This document shows positions 54,816-64,000 of a DNA stretch of 64,000 bases, piece after piece. The stretch lies in assembly GCF_030384885.1 (NCBI RefSeq), contig NZ_CP128613.1. The stretch is one strand, 5' to 3'. Source of the DNA: Escherichia coli. GTDB lineage: Bacteria; Pseudomonadota; Gammaproteobacteria; Enterobacterales; Enterobacteriaceae. The position numbers and the translations under genes are program-made. The stretch's first letter is position 1; every line of letters starts with the position of its first letter. The notes beneath the pieces are model-generated. The model made no database searches. It was given only the letters and a program-made list of their open reading frames with translations, and had not been told where the DNA came from.

Positions 54816-57689
54816 ATGACACAGACGTTAAGCCAGCTTGAAAACAGCGGCGCTTTTATTGAACGCCATATCGGACCGGACGCCGCGCAACAGCAAGAAA
54901 TGCTGAATGCCGTTGGCGCACAATCGTTAAACGCGCTGACCGGCCAGATTGTGCCGAAAGATATTCAGCTTGCGACACCACCGCAGGTTGGCGCACCGGC
55001 GACCGAATACGCCGCGCTGGCAGAACTCAAGGCTATTGCCAGTCGCAATAAACGCTTCACGTCTTACATCGGCATGGGTTACACCGCCGTGCAGCTACCG
55101 CCGGTTATCCTGCGTAACATGCTGGAAAATCCGGGCTGGTATACCGCGTATACTCCGTATCAACCTGAAGTCTCCCAGGGCCGGCTTGAAGCACTGCTTA
55201 ACTTCCAGCAGGTAACGCTGGATTTGACCGGGCTGGATATGGCCTCTGCTTCTTTGTTGGATGAAGCCACCGCTGCCGCCGAAGCAATGGCGATGGCAAA
55301 ACGCGTCAGTAAACTGAAAAATGCCAACCGCTTCTTCGTTGCTTCTGACGTGCATCCGCAAACCTTAGATGTAGTACGTACACGCGCAGAAACCTTTGGT
55401 TTTGAAGTGATTGTCGACGATGCGCAAAAAGTTCTCGATCACCAGGACGTCTTCGGTGTGCTGTTACAGCAGGTTGGCACTACCGGTGAAATTCACGACT
55501 ACACTGCGCTTATCAGCGAACTGAAATCACGCAAAATTGTAGTCAGCGTCGCCGCCGATATTATGGCGCTGGTGCTGTTAACTGCACCGGGTAAACAGGG
55601 CGCGGATATTGTCTTTGGTTCGGCGCAACGCTTTGGCGTACCGATGGGCTACGGTGGCCCACATGCGGCATTCTTTGCGGCGAAAGATGAATACAAACGC
55701 TCAATGCCGGGCCGTATTATCGGTGTATCGAAAGATGCAGCTGGCAATACCGCTCTGCGCATGGCGATGCAGACTCGCGAGCAACATATTCGCCGTGAGA
55801 AAGCGAACTCCAATATTTGTACTTCCCAGGTACTGCTGGCAAACATCGCCAGTCTGTATGCCGTTTATCACGGTCCGGTTGGCCTGAAACGTATCGCTAA
55901 CCGCATCCACCGTCTGACCGATATCCTGGCGGCGGGCCTGCAACAAAAAGGTCTGAAGCTGCGCCATGCGCACTATTTCGATACTTTGTGTGTGGAAGTG
56001 GCCGACAAAGCGGGCGTGCTGGCGCGTGCCGAAGCGGCTGAAATCAACCTGCGTAGCGATATTCTGAATGCGGTTGGGATCACCCTTGATGAAACCACCA
56101 CGCGCGAAAACGTGATGCAGCTTTTCAGCGTACTGCTGGGCGATAATCACGGACTGGACATCGACACGCTGGACAAAGACGTGGCTCACGACAGCCGTTC
56201 TATTCAGCCTGCAATGCTGCGCGATGACGAAATTCTCACCCATCCGGTGTTTAATCGCTACCACAGCGAAACCGAAATGATGCGCTATATGCACTCGCTG
56301 GAGCGTAAAGATCTGGCGCTGAATCAGGCTATGATCCCGCTGGGTTCCTGCACCATGAAACTGAACGCCGCCGCCGAGATGATCCCAATCACCTGGCCGG
56401 AATTTGCCGAACTGCACCCGTTCTGCCCGCCGGAACAGGCCGAAGGTTATCAGCAGATGATCGCGCAACTGGCTGACTGGCTGGTGAAACTGACCGGTTA
56501 CGACGCCGTCTGTATGCAGCCGAACTCTGGCGCTCAGGGCGAATACGCGGGGCTGCTGGCGATTCGTCATTATCATGAAAGCCGCAACGAAGGGCATCGC
56601 GATATCTGCCTGATCCCGGCTTCTGCGCATGGCACTAACCCGGCTTCCGCGCATATGGCAGGAATGCAGGTGGTGGTTGTGGCGTGTGATAAAAACGGCA
56701 ACATCGATCTGACTGACCTGCGCGTGAAAGCGGAACAGGCGGGCGATAATCTCTCCTGCATTATGGTGACCTATCCTTCCACCCACGGCGTGTATGAAGA
56801 AACGATCCGTGAAGTGTGTGAAATCGTGCATCAGTTCGGCGGTCAGGTTTACCTTGATGGTGCGAACATGAACGCCCAGGTTGGCATCACTTCGCCGGGC
56901 TTTATTGGCGCGGACGTTTCGCACCTTAACCTGCATAAAACTTTCTGCATTCCGCACGGCGGTGGTGGTCCGGGTATGGGACCGATCGGCGTGAAAGCGC
57001 ATTTGGCACCGTTTGTTCCGGGTCATAGCGTGGTGCAAATCGAAGGCATGTTAACCCGTCAGGGCGCGGTTTCTGCAGCACCGTTCGGTAGCGCTTCTAT
57101 TCTGCCAATTAGCTGGATGTACATCCGCATGATGGGCGCAGAAGGGCTGAAAAAAGCAAGCCAGGTGGCAATCCTCAACGCCAACTATATTGCCAGCCGC
57201 CTGCAGGATGCTTTCCCGGTGCTGTATACCGGTCGCGACGGTCGCGTGGCGCATGAATGTATTCTCGATATTCGCCCGTTGAAAGAAGAAACCGGCATCA
57301 GCGAGCTGGATATTGCCAAGCGCCTGATCGACTATGGTTTCCACGCGCCGACTATGTCGTTCCCGGTGGCGGGTACGCTGATGGTTGAACCGACTGAATC
57401 TGAAAGCAAAGTGGAACTGGATCGTTTTATCGATGCGATGCTGTCTATCCGCGCAGAAATCGACCAGGTGAAAGCCGGTGTTTGGCCGCTGGAAGATAAC
57501 CCGCTGGTGAACGCGCCGCACATTCAGAGCGAACTGGTCGCCGAGTGGGCGCATCCGTACAGCCGTGAAGTTGCAGTATTCCCGGCAGGCGTGGCAGACA
57601 AATACTGGCCAACAGTGAAACGTCTGGATGATGTTTACGGCGACCGTAACCTGTTCTGCTCCTGCGTACCGATTAGCGAATACCAGTAA
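54816..57689 (+). CDS. gcvP: Glycine dehydrogenase (decarboxylating), P protein
   Basis: 957 aa from internal Met [22 protein letters not shown] of a 985-aa ORF. Confidence 0.95.
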   Translation: MTQTLSQLENSGAFIERHIGPDAAQQQEMLNAVGAQSLNALTGQIVPKDIQLATPPQVGAPATEYAALAELKAIASRNKRFTSYIGMGYTAVQLPPVILRNMLENPGWYTAYTPYQPEVSQGRLEALLNFQQVTLDLTGLDMASASLLDEATAAAEAMAMAKRVSKLKNANRFFVASDVHPQTLDVVRTRAETFGFEVIVDDAQKVLDHQDVFGVLLQQVGTTGEIHDYTALISELKSRKIVVSVAADIMALVLLTAPGKQGADIVFGSAQRFGVPMGYGGPHAAFFAAKDEYKRSMPGRIIGVSKDAAGNTALRMAMQTREQHIRREKANSNICTSQVLLANIASLYAVYHGPVGLKRIANRIHRLTDILAAGLQQKGLKLRHAHYFDTLCVEVADKAGVLARAEAAEINLRSDILNAVGITLDETTTRENVMQLFSVLLGDNHGLDIDTLDKDVAHDSRSIQPAMLRDDEILTHPVFNRYHSETEMMRYMHSLERKDLALNQAMIPLGSCTMKLNAAAEMIPITWPEFAELHPFCPPEQAEGYQQMIAQLADWLVKLTGYDAVCMQPNSGAQGEYAGLLAIRHYHESRNEGHRDICLIPASAHGTNPASAHMAGMQVVVVACDKNGNIDLTDLRVKAEQAGDNLSCIMVTYPSTHGVYEETIREVCEIVHQFGGQVYLDGANMNAQVGITSPGFIGADVSHLNLHKTFCIPHGGGGPGMGPIGVKAHLAPFVPGHSVVQIEGMLTRQGAVSAAPFGSASILPISWMYIRMMGAEGLKKASQVAILNANYIASRLQDAFPVLYTGRDGRVAHECILDIRPLKEETGISELDIAKRLIDYGFHAPTMSFPVAGTLMVEPTESESKVELDRFIDAMLSIRAEIDQVKAGVWPLEDNPLVNAPHIQSELVAEWAHPYSREVAVFPAGVADKYWPTVKRLDDVYGDRNLFCSCVPISEYQ

Positions 57690-57711
57690 TTTACTGATTC
57701 GACTATCTTCT

Positions 57712-57737
57712 AAAGGCGCTTTGGCGCCTTTATTTTT
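57712..57737 (+). terminator. Rho-independent terminator of the gcv operon
   Basis: aaaggcgc-tttg-gcgccttt hairpin followed by atttttg. Confidence 0.55.
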
Positions 57738-57748
57738 GGGGAAAACAA

Positions 57749-58492
57749 ATGGCTATAGCACTTGTGACGGGTGGCAGTCGTGGCATCGGGCGAGCAACGG
57801 CGTTACTGTTGGCGCAAGAAGGATATACGGTGGCGGTTAATTATCAGCAAAACCGCCACGCAGCGCAGGAAGTTGTGAACTTAATAACTGAAGCAGGTGG
57901 CAAAGCGTTTGCGCTCCAGGCGGATATCAGTGACGAAAACCAGGTGGTGGTGATGTTTGCGGCAATCGACCAGCGCGATGAACCGCTAGCCGCACTGGTC
58001 AATAACGCAGGAATTTTGTTTACCCAATGCTCAGTGGAAAATCTCACCGCAGAGCGAATCAACCGGGTACTTTCCACCAATGTGACGGGATATTTTCTTT
58101 GTTGCCGCGAGGCGGTAAAACGCATGGCGCTTAAAAATGGCGGTAATGGCGGTGCTATCGTCAACGTCTCTTCAGTAGCCTCACGGCTGGGATCTCCGGG
58201 GGAATACGTTGATTATGCGGCCTCGAAAGGGGCGATTGATACGTTAACCACAGGGCTGTCGCTGGAAGTCGCCGCGCAGGGGATCCGCGTTAACGGCGTG
58301 CGGCCAGGGTTTATTTATACCGAAATGCACGCCAGCGGTGGCGAACCTGGACGCGTTGATCGCGTTAAGTCGAACATCCCCATGCAGCGTGGCGGACAGG
58401 CGGAAGAGGTCGCGCAGACCATCGTCTGGCTGTTAAGTGATAAAGCCTCTTATGTCACGGGAAGTTTTATCGATTTGGCGGGTGGAAAATAA
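57749..58492 (+). CDS. ygfF: Short-chain dehydrogenase/reductase YgfF
   Basis: 247-aa ORF; TGGSRGIG Rossmann motif and YxxxK active-site pattern. Confidence 0.85.
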   Translation: MAIALVTGGSRGIGRATALLLAQEGYTVAVNYQQNRHAAQEVVNLITEAGGKAFALQADISDENQVVVMFAAIDQRDEPLAALVNNAGILFTQCSVENLTAERINRVLSTNVTGYFLCCREAVKRMALKNGGNGGAIVNVSSVASRLGSPGEYVDYAASKGAIDTLTTGLSLEVAAQGIRVNGVRPGFIYTEMHASGGEPGRVDRVKSNIPMQRGGQAEEVAQTIVWLLSDKASYVTGSFIDLAGGK

Positions 58493-58548
58493 AACAGGAA
58501 AGTTATCTGACCGGATGCAACGAGTATTGCATCCGGTACTTCATCGAC

Positions 58549-60009
<1,461 letters not shown>

Positions 60010-60026
60010 TTACAGGAAATAGTACC

Positions 60027-60338
60027 ATGCAGCCAAACGACATCACTTTTTTTCAACGTTTCCAGGATGACATTCTGGCTGGGCGTAAAACCATCACCAT
60101 CCGCGACGAGTCTGAATCGCACTTCAAAACGGGTGATGTGCTTCGTGTCGGGCGCTTTGAAGATGACGGTTATTTTTGCACGTTTGAAGTCACTGCAACC
60201 TCAACCGTAACGCTGGATACACTGACGGAAAAACATGCAGAGCAGGAAAATATGACCCTGACTGATCTGAAAAAGGTCATTGCCGATATCTATCCCGGCC
60301 AGACACAGTTTTATGTGATTGAATTTAAATGCCTTTAA
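60027..60338 (+). CDS. yqfB: ASCH-domain protein YqfB
   Basis: 103-aa [33 protein letters not shown]. Confidence 0.8.
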   Translation: MQPNDITFFQRFQDDILAGRKTITIRDESESHFKTGDVLRVGRFEDDGYFCTFEVTATSTVTLDTLTEKHAEQENMTLTDLKKVIADIYPGQTQFYVIEFKCL

Positions 60339-60498
60339 ATTGAACTCACGCCTGTTAGTTGAAATTTCGCATTTAATTTCATGATTTTTCGGAGATTAGT
60401 CTCAAATCAGAATTTATTTTAGCTAACAGGTGTTCACTGGAACTATTCTCAGTTACGCTGGAGAAGTGTTCACGTGCGTGTACGTTTCTCCGGAGTAA

Positions 60499-61161
<663 letters not shown>

Positions 61162-61170
61162 TTGGTGCGC

Positions 61171-61350
<180 letters not shown>

Positions 61351-61356
61351 AGAGAT

Positions 61357-62337
61357 TTACTCTTCCAGCGAATAGGGCAGCGGCTCGATATGCAATGTAT
61401 TCGCATCGTCGCGTACGCGGAAGATGCTGTCCGGTTCCATATCGTTATTCATGACGACCTGTACCACGACCTGACCATCTTCCAGTTTTACCGCAGCCAG
61501 CACCGTACCGGTACGACGCCAGTTCTCGCCCATTTTCAGCTCTAAATCTTCACCCGCTTCCGGCAGTCGGCTGGCGCTACCTGCCAGCAGCCAGAGGGCG
61601 CGTTTGTTGGCACCGCGGAATTTAGCTCGTGCCACCATCTCTTGTCCGGTATAGCAGCCTTTTTTAAAGCTGATGCCGCCCAGCGCCTGGAGGTTGGTCG
61701 CCTGTGGGATAAACTGCCCGCTGTTGGCGGCATCAATCACCGGAAAACCCGCTTCAATGTTTAATGCCAGCCACTGTTGGCTATTGTTCAGTTCCGCTTC
61801 ACCGCGCAGTTTATCGGTCAGCGTATTGGCGGTAGCTTCATCGGTTACGATCAGGAAACGTTCTGCCGGGTGTTCAAACCATAGCAAAGTGGTCGCGCCT
61901 TCTTTAACTACCTGTTTTTCTTTCGTAGGCAGTTCACTAAAGAGATTTGCCAGCGCGGCGCGCGCCTGAAAACCGGCAACACCAAGCAGCACACGTTCAT
62001 CGTCTGGCGCGATGGTCACTTTAGAGAACACCGCATATTTTTTCAGTTCAGTCAGCTGCGGTTCACGCACGCTGCGCCGTTCAATCCATGCAAAGCCATC
62101 GCCGTCGCGGAACAGACGTAAATTGCTCCACATTTTACCTTTGGCGTCGCAATGGGCGGCGAGCAGGTGCTGATCTTCTGTCATCTGGCTGACATCTGCT
62201 GTCACCTGACCCTGCATATATTTTTCGCTGTCCGTGCCAGTAATGGTGGCAAGCGCCCAGTCATCAAGCGTCATCAGCGTCAGCGGTAAACGGGCAGAAG
62301 CCGTAGGCTGACGGGGAGGAAAAGGTGTAAAAGCCAT
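61357..62337 (-). CDS. ygfZ: tRNA-modifying folate-binding protein YgfZ
   Basis: 326 aa from internal Met [29 protein letters not shown] of a 348-aa ORF. Confidence 0.85.
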   Translation of the reverse strand: MAFTPFPPRQPTASARLPLTLMTLDDWALATITGTDSEKYMQGQVTADVSQMTEDQHLLAAHCDAKGKMWSNLRLFRDGDGFAWIERRSVREPQLTELKKYAVFSKVTIAPDDERVLLGVAGFQARAALANLFSELPTKEKQVVKEGATTLLWFEHPAERFLIVTDEATANTLTDKLRGEAELNNSQQWLALNIEAGFPVIDAANSGQFIPQATNLQALGGISFKKGCYTGQEMVARAKFRGANKRALWLLAGSASRLPEAGEDLELKMGENWRRTGTVLAAVKLEDGQVVVQVVMNNDMEPDSIFRVRDDANTLHIEPLPYSLEE

Positions 62338-62576
62338 AATGGAGTCCTGTTTTACAAACGGCGTATTTATGACTAATGGTAAAAGAGCTATGAGGCAATG
62401 CAAGTGCTTTCACTACGCGATCTGTGCCTTCTGATATGCTTTGCGAGGCGACTTCCAAAAAAATGAATCCCTTGAAATATTGTGGGTTAATTTCGCGATC
62501 GCGATTGTGTTTACTGATATTCCCGCAAAAGAAGTCGAAAAACACGTTACAATAGCCTGGTACTGGATTTTCGTGA

Positions 62577-63243
<667 letters not shown>

Positions 63244-63282
63244 AGATGACGGCAAAGCCTGTGCGCTAAGCCGTCAGTGACG

Positions 63283-63804
63283 TCAGGCGTAATGCTCTGC
63301 CATTTCGTTGAGGATTTGCTCGCACCAGCTCTGAATACGCTCGTCGCTAAGGTCATACTGATTAGTTTCGTCCAGCGCCAGACCCACGAACAGTTGCCCG
63401 TCAGCAATCACCGGTTTCGGGCTGGTAAACTCATATCCTTCCGTTGGCCAGTAGCCGACGAACTTCACGCCTTTGGTCGAGAGTTTGTCATGCAGCATGC
63501 CGAGCGCATCGAGGAACCACTCGCCGTACCCCAGTTGATCGCCAAGCCCATACAGCGCAACAATTTTACCTTCGAGATTCAGGTCGTCGAGCTGATCCCA
63601 GACAGCTTCCCAGTCTTCCTGGATTTCGCCAAAATCCCAGGTCGGGATACCCAGAATGAGCACATCGTACTGCTCCATTAATTTCGGGGAGTCGTCCTTG
63701 AGGTTATGTAAGGTCACCAGTTCTGGGCCGATAATATCGCGGATTTTTTCTGCCGCCATTTCGGTATAACAGGTGCTGGAACCATAAAAAAGACCCATAT
63801 TCAT
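63283..63804 (-). CDS. fldB: Flavodoxin 2
   Basis: 173-aa [29 protein letters not shown]. Confidence 0.9.
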
Positions 63805-63915
63805 AACGTAAGCTTCTCGATTCTGCTGTGGCTTTTGCGGCTAGTGTATCAGAATCGCTTTAGTCACGGCACAATAAGGCATAATGGATCAAATGAGTGA
63901 CCATAAGGGGCGCAA

Positions 63916-64000
63916 GTGAAACAGGATCTGGCACGCATCGAGCAGTTTCTTGATGCTCTGTGGCTGGAAAAAAATCTGGCTGAAAATACGTTGAACGCAT
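63916..64000 (+). CDS. xerD: Tyrosine recombinase XerD, N-terminal fragment (continues beyond window)
   Basis: GTG at 63916 then KQDLARIEQFLDALWLEKNLAENTLNA; reading frame open to the window end. Confidence 0.8.
   Translation, partial: MKQDLARIEQFLDALWLEKNLAENTLNA

Noticed and set aside
55701-57038. 445-aa ORF antisense to gcvP, and similar long antisense ORFs inside tktA, speA, fbaA, pgk, scpA, pepP and bglA
   Set aside because: Each is fully embedded opposite a well-supported conserved gene in GC-rich coding DNA where long antisense frames arise by chance; none has recognisable motifs or its own RBS.
58511-58536. Hairpin ccggatgcaa/ttgcatccgg between ygfF and bglA as a bidirectional terminator
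   Set aside because: Good 10-bp stem but no clear T-run on either strand; could equally be a REP-like palindrome, so not called as a terminator.

Overview
This window reads as an Escherichia coli chromosomal segment, collinear (in reverse orientation) with the K-12 map from yggM/hemW to fldB/xerD. Calls rest on manual reading of the ORF track and sequence; no homology search was run. The backbone carries hemW-rdgB-yggUTS, yggR, ruvX-yqgE-gshB-rsmE-endA-sprT, galP, metK, yqgB-speA, speB, loiP, tktA, cmtBA-yggPFDC, epd-pgk-fbaA, mscS, argO, yggE, ygfI, the scpA-argK-scpB-scpC operon, argP, rpiA, serA, ibsC/sibC, ygfA-ssrS-zapA, ygfB-pepP-ubiH-ubiI, gcvTHP, ygfF, bglA, yqfB, yqfA, ygfZ, sdhE-ygfX and fldB. 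It also has REP/BIME clusters, two inverted ERIC elements and several rho-independent terminators. Against my recollection of the K-12 gene order (unverified), three loci look like accessory insertions: a five-gene ECF-type transporter module led by a DUF296/PPC-domain gene between yggC and epd; a standalone SPFH/band-7 membrane protein gene with a very AT-rich 375-bp flank between tktA and cmtB; and a 243-aa lipoprotein gene between speA and speB. The ECF module is the strongest candidate for something undescribed. No CRISPR, tRNA, IS element or prophage was seen.
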